Below are positions 1 to 10,981 of a DNA stretch of 64,000 bases, piece after piece. Made by a program: the position numbers and the translations under genes. The DNA comes from Octopus sinensis (Eukaryota): the NCBI RefSeq assembly GCF_006345805.1, contig NC_042997.1, positions 105,524,001 to 105,588,000 on the forward strand, read 5' to 3'. Position 1 is the stretch's first letter; each line of letters starts with the position of its first letter. The notes below the pieces were generated by a model that was given only the letters and a program-made list of their open reading frames with translations, was not told the DNA's origin and searched no databases.

Positions 1-770
1 TGCGTTGTTTTGTGCACGTGTATGCCCATGTGCATACGTGTGCGTGAATACCAAATTAGTCTATAAATCTTCTGTCCCATCACTCTCTCTTTTTCGTTTT
101 CTTTCTCTTTTCTTTTGTCGTCCAACATCCTTTTTTTTTGTTTTCGTTTTTATTTCTACATCACATTTTGAAAAATACACGAAGTTGCATGGTTATCGTA
201 AACAGAAGATTTAGATTCCCAATAATTAGCCAGACTCACGTTTCAGATCAAGCAACAATTAAACTAAAACATGTTTTCTTCTTAACAGGACACATCATTA
301 CAGAATCCTTGGAAACATTTTAAAGCATTCGCAACTATTTTTACATTTCTTACACCAAACATGCTTTGTCTTGTGATTGCTTAATGTCTTCGGTGGAAAT
401 GCCGTTCTTTTACGCATCGGTGACTGCTAAATTGTAATGCTTTGTACGTGATCAGAAGGAAACAATGGAAACATATCCCCATACTAACTCGCTAAAAATA
501 AATGGAATTTATTATATGATATTGAAACAATTACAAGCACGGACAGAACATAATATGTGATGTTGTGAAGACTAGATCAGAATTCTAGACACGGAAACAT
601 TAGGGAAAACTTTCGAATTTTCTATTTACTAATTTTATTTATTTATTTATTTAATACATAATTCTATTTATTTTCTTTCTATTTGTAAATATTGACGTAA
701 ATATGGCTTTATAGATAGAAAACCGATGAGACAAATTTATGTATAACACTTGTGTGTATTTATGTGTTTT

Positions 771-885
771 GACCCCAGTGCGTAACTGGTACTTATTTAA
801 TCGACCCCGAAAGGATGAAAGGCAAAGTCAACCTCCGCGGAATTTGAACTCAGAACGTAACGGCAGATGAAATACTGCTAAGCAT
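771..885 (-). mobile_element. SINE family B fragment (tRNA-like head plus central domain)
   Basis: Near-identical to part of 5049-5281 (GACCCCAGTGCGTAACTGGTACTTATTTAATCGACCCCGAAAGGATGAAAGGCAAAGTC...GGAATTTGAACTCAGAACG). Confidence 0.85.
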
Positions 886-914
886 AACAATAATAGTAAT
901 ATTAATTAACTTTG

Positions 915-1037
915 TTTTATCGAACCCTAAACAAAGGAAGGCGAAGTTGGCCCCGGCGAAATTTGAACTCAGTACCAGAAGAAATACTGCTAATCATTTC
1001 GTCCGGTGCGATGACGACTCTGTCAGCTCGCAACCTT
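915..1037 (-). mobile_element. Degenerate SINE family B copy
   Basis: Diverged match to family B (GGCGAAATTTGAACTCAG...GAAATACTGCTAATCATTTCGTCCGG...TGTCAGCTCGCAACCTT). Confidence 0.65.
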
Positions 1038-1520
1038 AATGGTATCTAGGACAAAAATCCTTGGTAATTTTCCCAAATGGAGAAAAAATAGAATTTTGCA
1101 TAATTGACTAAAAGACCTGCCTTACTACAAGCAGCTATGTCTTACAATTGCACATTAAAATATTTTGTGTTTTTCCTTCTTACATTTTTCTCTCTACAAC
1201 CTTATGTACGACCATTTGTTTCTTAAATGCAATTTATTCTTGAGTTCATTGTTCATCTTTTAAATTATTTTTTTAAACGATTTCAGTTTGCTTACGTTTT
1301 CATTGTTAAAGCATTTTCTATAAAGCTCCGATCTCGTAAAAGACAAATTTATTGCATTCCTAATAGACATGTCGGAAAATCAAATGAAAAATCAATGTAG
1401 AATGCTTCATCTCTTGGAGATTGTTTCTCAGATCGCAGAACTTTTATATGTGTGTATGTGTGTGTGTGTCTATGTGTGTGTGTGTGTGTGTGCGGGCGCA
1501 CTTAAATAGATAGGTATAAT

Positions 1521-1562
<42 letters not shown>

Positions 1563-1817
1563 ACTGAGTGTTGGCCGAAAGCCTGATTGTGCTGAAGCTA
1601 CATTTATTCGAAGAGAAACAAGAAACTATACGTCAGTGAGTTACTTCATGAACCGCTCCACCGATTTATCGAAAGGCGATTGTTTCCGTTTCGATTCCTG
1701 GCTGTAATTCAAATTGTTGAAACGTCTTCCCCAACCCGTTTATGTTTCAATTACAAATTCCCACTAAACTGTTAGTATTTTTGCCGCAAAGTGTGTAATA
1801 CACTTATGCATATCTCA

Positions 1818-1853
<36 letters not shown>

Positions 1854-1856
<3 letters not shown>

Positions 1857-2113
1857 CGAGGTATAGATAGTAACTGCACGACAATGTGAGGTATATTTAC
1901 CGTCTCAATATGGCTAACCACTAAGGATGGATGTTACTGTAGCTTGTAGCCCCAGGAGAACTTCTCCTCCAGCTGGGTATAGGCACACTTTCTGTGCTCT
2001 ATCGGTATTTGCAAAGGGAGGTCATCCTTCCCTCGTCAACCTAAGTGATACGCACGGACTGCAGTTTCTGGGTATTGACCCGTCATCAGCGCACGGCAAT
2101 CACCGGTTTTCGA
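1854..2113 (-). mobile_element. ~260-bp interspersed element (family F) carrying a hammerhead-ribozyme motif; Penelope pLTR/retrozyme-like
   Basis: A second, oppositely oriented copy with matching termini lies at 10646-10907. This copy is flanked by (TA)n on both sides and contains a CTGATGA...GAAAC core on the minus strand. Confidence 0.75.
2051..2095 (-). ncRNA. Minimal type I hammerhead ribozyme (predicted), GUC cleavage site
   Basis: The minus strand reads CGTGCG-CTGATGA-C-GGGT(CAAT)ACCC-A-GAA-ACTGCAGT-C/CGTGCG. Stem I has 6 bp (two G.U), stem II 4 bp, and stem III is palindromic. Confidence 0.65.
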
Positions 2114-3616
2114 TATATATATATATATATATATACAGATATATATATATATACAGATATATACACACACACATAGATGCGCACGAACACACACGTACAT
2201 ACACGCGCATGTATGTGTATGTAATGTAGGTAACATGCCTGTGTGTGTGTGTTTGTATATGCGTGCATATATGTGTATGTATCTTTATATATACATATGT
2301 GCATATATTGAAGGCAATGACCAAAGGCAAAAGATACGACAACACATGCGGAAAAGGTTTAACAAATATTGTATGAGTTCAAATCTTACAAAAGGAAGGG
2401 AAATGACTTAAATTTTCGGATGCTAGTCCTTCGTCATAATTATTCTCATGAATTATAAATGGTAACTAAGGAATTAGTGTGAAAGAGAAAAAGTGATTAA
2501 GAAAAAAAAAAGCAAAATGGAAAATGTTAGGATTAGAGGGGAGTATTGTTCTATTGGGGTGGGGTGCAGAAAGGGATAAAAGGGTTGGGTGTATGTGCGA
2601 ATGTGTAGGAGTATATCCTCATTTTGATATCCTCATAGGGTGTTACTGTATGTCTCGTTCCGTAGCTTATTTGCATATGTGTTTTGCAGAGGTATGCAAG
2701 TACGCTATTGGTGTGGGTTAGTGAAGGTTTGGAATTTGTAAGTAATCGTTAGGTGTGTGAGGAATGGTCAGGGACAGTGCAAATGCGAAATAAAGAAGAA
2801 AGAACGTATGTGATAGAAATGTATTAAAGCGTATGCGGAATACTGTGCTGTAATTTGGAAGTAAGTTACGAATAAGAGAAGATGTAGAAAGTAAAATACA
2901 ACATTTTTACCAAAATGTATTAGTTCTGTGAAGGAAGAAAATTTGTGAGACTCACGAAAGGGCAAGAAAAATGCGATGAAGGTGAACGCAGAGCGTATAA
3001 ACTGTGGAGAGTAAGAACAAAAAAAAAGAAAGAAAGAAAGAAAGAAAGAGAAAAGTGAGCAAATGAGATCAAGAAGTGAACAAGTGAGTTCAAAAAGTGA
3101 AGAGAAATGAAAGATAAACAGTTGGAAGATTGGGAAAATAGGAGATAAATTAGTAAAATATTAGAGAAAAATAATTAGAATGACATATTGATAAAAAATA
3201 AAGGAAAGTCCAGTGAGGTACGACGCAACTAGTGCAACGTCCGTGGAGATTGAAATGTCCATGTTATAGGGCGGACCTGTTAAACGAAAATTAGTGATAC
3301 ACTTAGAAAGGCAAACAATAGATGTGTAAGCACATGTCGGAGTTTCGGAGTTTAAGGCGTTTATAACGAAGAAAGCATAAAGAGAAAATCATGAGAATAT
3401 AAACATGTTAAAATACTAAAACTCACAATGGAGAAAATTGGGAAAATCAGCTGAAGAGAATTTTGTCAAAAGGCGTGGTTGGAAGAGTTGATGCAATTAT
3501 ATGGTAGAAAAAACTTAGCGAAAAGAAAGAGAATATCTGAGATAGAAGAGTGACGAGGAAGGGAGGTAAGAGATGGAAAATAAGCTAAAGAGGTGGGCGT
3601 GCATGTGCATGCGTGC

Positions 3617-3647
<31 letters not shown>

Positions 3648-4864
3648 TGTATGTGTGTGTGTATGTATGTGTGTGTGTATGTGTGTGTGTATGTGTGTGT
3701 GTGTGTGAATGTGTATGTGCGTGTGTAAGCGAGTTAAAGAGTCCTTGTCATGGAAGATGTGAAGCAGAATTGTCAAGTAAAATGGATTTCAAGGGAGAAA
3801 GAAAATCTTTGAGTGAGGAAACGTGCAATTGCGAGTGTGCGTATGTGTGCATGTAGACAAAATGGTATTTGAAAGCGCTGCTGGGTATATGCGTAAGTGT
3901 CAGAATACAAGACAGTTGGTGACTGGTGTCATGTGCGTGTGTGCCTGCATGCACGTATGTGTAGGTATACGAAGATATGCGTCGGTATGCGCGTGTTAAT
4001 GTAACGATGTATGTGAGTGTGTGTGAATATGCCGCTGGTTATAGGATTATGAAGGGTTTGAGATGACAGAAGAGATGTGATATATGTATATGTGTGTGCA
4101 AGTGAAATGTGTAGGGGTTGGTAGGAAAGAGCCTGTTTATGTGAAAACAATGTTAGTGTAGTGGGTATGTGAATCGATGTGAAAGAAGAAACTCCTTTCC
4201 AGGAGACTAAGTGATCGGTGAGTGATGATGTGTTTCGGTGAATATGTGATGTGTGTGTGTGTATGCATTTGTGCTTGTGTGTAGGTTGCTAGGTATATGA
4301 ATGCGAGGAGTGGATATGTGAGTGTATGTGTCTATTAGCATAACAGTGTGTCTATGTGCATGTGTGTATGTGTATTCATGAAAGTGCTTGTGAATATGGG
4401 TATGTGAAAGAGATGAGAAAAAAGATAAGTGTATCTGTATATGGAAAAGAGAGTCGTGTGAGGGTGTTAGGAAGAAGTGTAGCTTAAGATTTGTGTATGG
4501 AAACACGTCCTCAACTGATGAAGACCGATCCTATGCAATCCAAAGATTTGGAAAGGATTCCAGAGTAGATAAACACCCCAAACATCACTCGACTGCTGTT
4601 CATAGCTGAGCATAGTACACCAAGATGCTACAAATGTGGAAGTACCATTAAAGTTAAGTTGCATATTTGCTAATAACAGAAGTTAAGATATGGAACGCCT
4701 GTACTGACACCAATCTCGTTATCAGAATCAATAACGACATCAGGAAAAGCAACAGCATAAACAGCAATGAGAACAGCGTTAACAGCAACATCAGGAGAAA
4801 GAACAGCAGCAGCAACAATAACTGAATCCATCTAAAAATCACAAAAACAATACCGACTAACACC

Positions 4865-5281
4865 TATTTCTTTACTATCCACAAAGGGCGAAACACAGAG
4901 ACGACAAACAAGGACAGAGAAACGGATTAAGTCGATTATATCGATCCCAGTGCGTAACTGGTACTTATTTAATCGACCCCGAAAGGATAAAAGGCAGAGT
5001 CGACCTCGGCGGAATTTGAACTCAGAAGGTAACGGCAGACGAAATACCTATTTCTTTATTACCCATAAGGGGCTAAACATAGAGGAGACAAACATGGACA
5101 GACATAGGTATTAAGTCGATTATATCGATCCCAGTGCGTAACTGGTACTTATTTAATCGACCCCGAATGGATGAAAGGCAAAGTCGACCTCGGCGGAATT
5201 TGAACTCAGAAGGTAACGGCAGACGAAATACCGCTAAGCATTTCGCCCAACGTGCAAACGTTTCTGCCAGCTCACCGCCTT
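4865..5281 (-). mobile_element. Dimeric SINE family B insertion
   Basis: Full unit at 5049-5281 plus a 5'-truncated unit at 4865-5048. A single 16-bp TSD AATACCGACTAACACC flanks both (4849-4864, 5282-5297). The minus strand starts AAGGCGGTGAGCTGGCAGAAACG and has the B-box-like GAGTTCAAATTCC. Confidence 0.92.
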
Positions 5282-5700
5282 AATACCGACTAACACCACG
5301 GGCCAGAAGAATAATTTCACCAGCAAAAAGAGAAACGGCCTCACGCATATATCCACGAAAGTTAGGTGAAAGACATTCCTGAACTTACATCAGCATACGT
5401 ATCTCATCATTTTTTTGTAAGCATCTCCGAATCAGTGACTTAGTCTTTTGACATAGTTGAGACTAACCTGATCAAAGACGTCATAGTTTTTGAGAAGATG
5501 GAATTAGAAACAAATATATATCCGCCAGACTGTTTTGCTTTCCACGGACAGTTTCCTCACCTGTACCCATCAGGACGATAGTATACAACTACAGTCATTG
5601 AAAGAAAAAAAGAAAAACGAAATGATGTGGAAAGATGATAGAATTAGCTGCGACAGTTGATGGTAAATTTGTGTATGAGGAGTAATTTCGGGGAAAGGCA

Positions 5701-5864
5701 AATCGATTACAACGACCCGGGGATTCAACCGGTACTTTATTGTATCGACTAAGCAAAGGCAAAATTCGACCCGGGCGGCATTTGAATTCTAAACGTAACG
5801 GCGAAAGAAATACCGCTAAGCAGTTTTGACCGGCACGGTAACAATTCCACCAGCAAGACTCCTT
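5701..5864 (-). mobile_element. Degenerate SINE family B copy
   Basis: Diverged match (GGCGGCATTTGAATTCTAAACGTAACGGCGAAAGAAATACCGCTAAGC). Confidence 0.65.
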
Positions 5865-5966
5865 AATTGAAGACTTAATGATACAGCCATAAAGCAACGG
5901 GGTTTTTTAAGTACAAAAATATAGACCTAATAAAATTGAAAAAAAATATAGAAAGATAAATAAATA

Positions 5967-6369
5967 GGCGCCGGAGTGGCTGTGTGGTAAGTAGCTTGCT
6001 CACCAACCACATGGTTCCGGGTTCAGTCCCACTGCGTGGCATCTTGGGCAAGTGTCTTCTGCTATAGCCCCGGGCCGACCAATGTCTTGTGAGTGGATTT
6101 GGTAGACGGAAACTGAAAGAAGCCTGTCGTATATATGTATATATATATATATATGTATGTGTGTCTGTGTTTGTGTGTCTGTGTTTGTCCCCCTAGCATT
6201 GCTTGACAACCGATGCTGGTGTGTTTACGTCACCGTCACTTAGCGGTTCGGCAAAAGAGACCGATAGAATAAGTACTAGGCTTACAAAGAATAAGTCCCG
6301 GGGTCGATTTGCTCGACTAACGGCGGTGCTCCAGCATGGCCGCAGTCAAATGACTGAAACAAGTAAAAG
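5967..6369 (+). mobile_element. SINE family A, full length (tRNA-derived head, CORE-like segment, internal (TA)/(GT) microsatellite)
   Basis: A-box-like TGGCTGTGTGG, B-box-like GGTTCAGTCCC, CORE-like TCTTGGGCAAGTG, and an end in GAAACAAGTAAAAGA. A near-identical copy lies at 33476-33870 (-). Confidence 0.9.
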
Positions 6370-6534
6370 AAAAAAAGAAAGAATAAAAAAGAAGTATATA
6401 AAACAGAGCTGAACTCAAAAGTGTGGTTCAGTTTTATTCCTTTGTAGTGAATTTATATTAACTAGTCGGGTGAAATATCAGTTTAGTACGAGGAAACATC
6501 CTTTCAGATTGAAACCTATTATAAACGTTTAAGG

Positions 6535-6753
6535 CAGTGCTTTTCAAACTTTTTGCTGGAGCGGAACCCCAAGGAAACATTCCACTGGCTCGAGGAACCC
6601 CTGTGCAATAATTTCATAGTCTTATGCACACATATCTGCACAGGAAAATTAAAAATTACTGCCGATTTTAGCAGTTTTTTAACTTCTTGCAGAACCCCTG
6701 GACTGTACTGGCGGAACCCTAAGGTTCCGTGGAACCCTGGTTGAAAACCACTG
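6535..6753. mobile_element. hAT-superfamily MITE (219 bp)
   Basis: Termini CAGTGCTTTTCAA ... TTGAAAACCACTG; perfect 8-bp TSD GTTTAAGG (6527-6534, 6754-6761). Confidence 0.9.
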
Positions 6754-7168
6754 GTTTAAGGCAAGTCTGAAGTAACTACACACTTGAATACGGACAATCC
6801 ACATTTTTACAACTTCGGTGTACCTCTTGCGCTCGTTGCACTTGTGTGGTCTCTTTGTTCTATGTTGATCAGAAAAGGAAACAAAATAAAAGCTGGTAAT
6901 GTGCATTACATCTGTAGAAACTTTCTTTGAGTAATGTCACTTAAATATCTTTTGTTTCAGATGTTTATTTTAAATCATTATACATATTTGTTGGACGCAA
7001 ACCAGCAGCCTTGAATTATTAAATTTCGAGAAACGAATAATTAATCGGTTCTGATATAAACATTATAGGAGTGGGCAAAGTGTTTTAAAACTGTATGCAT
7101 TAAGTATGTGTCTATAAGCGTGCGCGCAAGTGTGTGTTTGCGTGCACACGTGTGTATGTATGTATCTA

Positions 7169-7237
<69 letters not shown>

Positions 7238-7989
7238 GGGAGGAGAGAGATGAAGAGAGTGAGAGTGTGAGTATATATATTCAGCGGGAGGAGAGAGAGA
7301 GGGGAGAGAGAGGAAGAGAGTGAGAGTGTGAGTATATATATTCAGTAGAGGATTGCATTATTCAAGTAATATTAATATTAGCATCCTAAGGTCACTGAAG
7401 TTCTTTATTGTTCTTTTGCTACATTCATGTTACTAAACTTTTATAAATTCCCTCAAGTGCCTTAGTTATCGCCAATATCTTTTGATACAATGAAACCATG
7501 TTGAGTAAATCTTTTCCCTCTCAGTATATGAAGACGTAGTGCATGAATGGTGTGTCAACCAAGGGTTTACTTTAGTAATAAAGAGCTCTCAAGAGAGTTG
7601 ACCAACAGAAAGTCGTCAAGTAAGGAACCACCTCATATAAGTGTTTAGGCCCTTGACTTCTTACATTCTAAAGGACCCAGGCCGCAGCCAATTCGTGACT
7701 CCTGGGTACTCTTCTGCTGACACTTTTTAGGTACTTGGATATCGGATACTTATGCATTACAGCCACTTGGAGATTTCGCCTTGTTTGGACTTTTCTCCGT
7801 TGACAAATCTTTCAAACATTCTTAAATAGGAAATAATATTGGTTATTATGGTGTCGCTGAAACATCAACGCTACCACAATAAGTTACGCGGAGTTACTTC
7901 CTTAGAGATAAACTACAAAAATATTGCCATAAAACGTTATGGAGATCATTATCGGTCTTCTTCTACCAGAGGAACACCTCTCTACTGTC

Positions 7990-9230
7990 TGATATTGCAT
8001 TTAGGGCTTTGGGTCTATTCTTTCTAGAGTTGTTTCATAAGATCCTAAGCCGATTTGCCCACAAAATCTCTGGCTCCAAACTCTATGGTATAAAACTTCA
8101 CCCGGAAATTGGCTTCCCTCAGGCTGTTGGCCAGACTGGCATATTCATTTTTTTTTCGGTCTTAGACATGTGTGTTTCTTCTATTCTACTTTTAAATGGC
8201 ACGGGAATTTCAATCAAAATCAGTTGTTTTGATGAACTAGAATAGAGTACGACATCCGGCCTCAATTTACTCTTCCATGTGATTTCTGGTTGTTTTGTTA
8301 CTCCGGGGAGGCCTGATGAGCACTCTCAGACATCATTTCCATCCAGAAGACTCCATTCCCGTAACCCCAAATGACATAGCGGTTCTTGACCAAGATTTGG
8401 TTCTTCCTGTCTTTAAGAATTTTGTCGGAGATTCTGGTTATACTCTTTCCGTACTTACCACTTGAACGATCTTCTTATACCCTTTATTGTGCATCCACGT
8501 GCATGACCTTGGATGTTCTTCCTACTCTGCGGGAGCTCAAAATATGTGCCATTATTTGTCTACCCCGGCAACTGAGGGCACTCGGGGTTATTTTATTTAT
8601 CCCACTTCATTTGGTTTAAATCAAAGACAATTCCAAAGATAGGGCTTATTCTAAGAGGCACCATAGGTCACAAGTCGTTCGAGCTGTGACACTTCTGGAG
8701 CGTTCCATTCCGCGTGGTCCACTAGCTCTGCTGTCTCTGATGTACTGCCTTCCGGATTTTTGGGGCATACTCTTCTTTTTTCACATCCTATGAAATCAGA
8801 TCTCTACTCATCATTTCCCTGGCTTCTGACCATTTTTGTCATGCCTAATCTCTGTTTATTGGCCCAAGCGTTTCTCTGATTGTAAAATCTTTCCTTTACT
8901 GCAACCACCGCCTCCTGGCCTTTGCATTTCCTACCTATCTTCAGCTTGAGCAGGGTCAACTACGTGACCTTGTCTTCCGAGTCTTCAAGCATGTTTAGGA
9001 TCCTTCTTTTCCGTCTTTGTATTCCCTAACGATGAACTTGAGACATAGCTTCAGCTGGGCTTGTCGACAGATGGAGCACCAAGCCAGTGCCTTGGGAACT
9101 TGTTGATTTTGGCCTCCGAGTATTCCACTTTCGTAAATCAGCAGACGCCAGACTGCCTTTAGTCTTAGCATCAACTGCTATCACCCAACCTGTACAAACA
9201 TTTTCTCTGAGAAAATGAGATTTGGTGCCA
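7990..9230 (-). pseudogene. Degenerate ORF of an RLE-type non-LTR retrotransposon (Hero-like): post-RT region, zinc-knuckle remnant and restriction-like endonuclease
   Basis: Hand translation with frameshifts and stops gives WRLLIYE..EAKINKFPRHWLGAP, RILNMLEDSEDKV, PECPQL..MAHILSS, and LRPDVVLYSSSSKQLILIEIPVPFKSRIEE..KFYTIEFGARDFVGKSA, which is the PD-(D/E) RLE pattern. Confidence 0.75.
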
Positions 9231-9748
9231 GCACAAACATGGGTTAACGTTCAATATCGTCCCTAGCGCTGTAAAATTTTGAGCTAGTTTATGTTCATTG
9301 AGGTTTTATAAGTTTCCTGTGTAGAAACTTATAAAATATGTGTGGAATTCTTAACAATAATTTGCTTTCAAACATATCTCATTTCTTGCTTTTATTAATT
9401 TTTCTCCTTCTTTCTAATTTCGTTTGTATGTTTATTTTTCACTAACCGTAACACTATACCCGTCTTCAACAAGTTATCTCGACTCTCAATCATATAGCGA
9501 TATACATTAACTAAGTATTACATACGTCAAAACATAATTTTTTATTACAATATTCTTGAATCTTCTTCCGCGCGTAATAAGCAATATTTCTTGTTAACAA
9601 GCACATATTCTTGACTAAAAGCTTGGATTCGGTGAGATTGTGCTTGTGTGCATATACACTCGTAGTAAGTCATTGGTATTAGAATACTCTCTAGATGTGC
9701 AGATAACATGGCTTACAAATACCATCGCATATGCCACATATTCTTGCA

Positions 9749-9784
<36 letters not shown>

Positions 9785-10312
9785 TATGCATGAAAGAATA
9801 TGAAGAATATATATGTATGTTTATACATAAATATATACTTACATATACGCATACATATATTTATACACACACACTCACACACACACACACACCACACACA
9901 CACACACATATATATATACACACACACAGTCACATATTTGCACCCGCCTGCATGTTAGTGTAGGTTCATGGTTGTGCGTTAATGTATTACTTGTGGCTAT
10001 ATCCTGTATCTTGTTTCAACACGAATAAAATATATCCGAATCTGTCGATACAAAATGGTATCACTGAAGACGGTGGGGAATTACAAGAACGGGGGAAATA
10101 TTTACCTAATTGCATATGGCAAAAATTAGTAAATTCTCTTTCTGACATACCCCATAGCTTCCATTTCCCCCATTCACTCTCTCGTCCATACATACATACA
10201 TGCATAGTTGCATTTATCATTTCTCACGTATACATTTCCATAGATAATGTTAAATAAAATTGCATGGTATCAAAGAAAAAAGTGTGTATCTATGTATGTA
10301 TATGTATATATA

Positions 10313-10344
<32 letters not shown>

Positions 10345-10353
<9 letters not shown>

Positions 10354-10422
10354 TAAAAGGAATTCCAACCTTGTCTGATTTTGTCAAATCAGACAAGGTT
10401 GGAATTCCTTTTATTAATATAT
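10345..10422. repeat. Perfect inverted repeat: 37-bp arms, 4-nt loop
   Basis: ATATATTAATAAAAGGAATTCCAACCTTGTCTGATTT-tgtc-AAATCAGACAAGGTTGGAATTCCTTTTATTAATATAT. Confidence 0.95.
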
Positions 10423-10448
10423 TCTTCTATACACAATCACAAACACCC

Positions 10449-10511
<63 letters not shown>

Positions 10512-10523
10512 GTGTGTGTGTGT

Positions 10524-10564
<41 letters not shown>

Positions 10565-10645
10565 TGGTGTGTGTGTGTGTATGTATGTATGTATGTATGT
10601 ATGTATGTATGTATGTATGTATTCGCATTGGGACCCCCCTTTGCA

Positions 10646-10907
10646 TCGAAAACCGGTAATTGTCGTGCGCTGACGACGGGTTAATACCCAGAAACCCGGC
10701 TCCGCACGTATCACGTCAAGTCGACGATGGGAAGGATGGCTTCCCTTTGCAAATACTGATAGGACACAGAAAGTGTGTCAATAGCCAGCTGGAGAAGATG
10801 TTCTCCTGGGGTTACAAGCTACAGTAGCATACACTCTTAGTGGTTAGCCACATTTAAGCGGCAAATATACTTCACATTGCCGTGGAGCTACTGTTTATAC
10901 CTCGTCC
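10646..10907 (+). mobile_element. Family F element, second copy, with a decayed hammerhead motif at 10664-10708
   Basis: Reverse complement of 1854-2113 along its whole length; reads CGTGCG-CTGACGA-C-GGGT(TAAT)ACCC-A-GAAAC...TC-CGCACG. Confidence 0.75.
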
Positions 10908-10944
10908 AGAGATTTATCTTTGGTTTTATATATATATATATATA

Positions 10945-10981
<37 letters not shown>

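Noticed and set aside
354-423. Possible 70-nt minus-strand exon (SPMRKRTAFPPKTLSNHKTKHVW) with AG and GTAAGA
   Set aside because: Short enough to occur by chance; the homeodomain-like start does not continue.
2405-2445. Hammerhead-like ATGACGA-A-GGA(CTAGCA)TCC-GAA-AATT-T on the minus strand
   Set aside because: C3 is mutated and stem I has only 2 bp. Probably a decayed Penelope end, but too weak to call.
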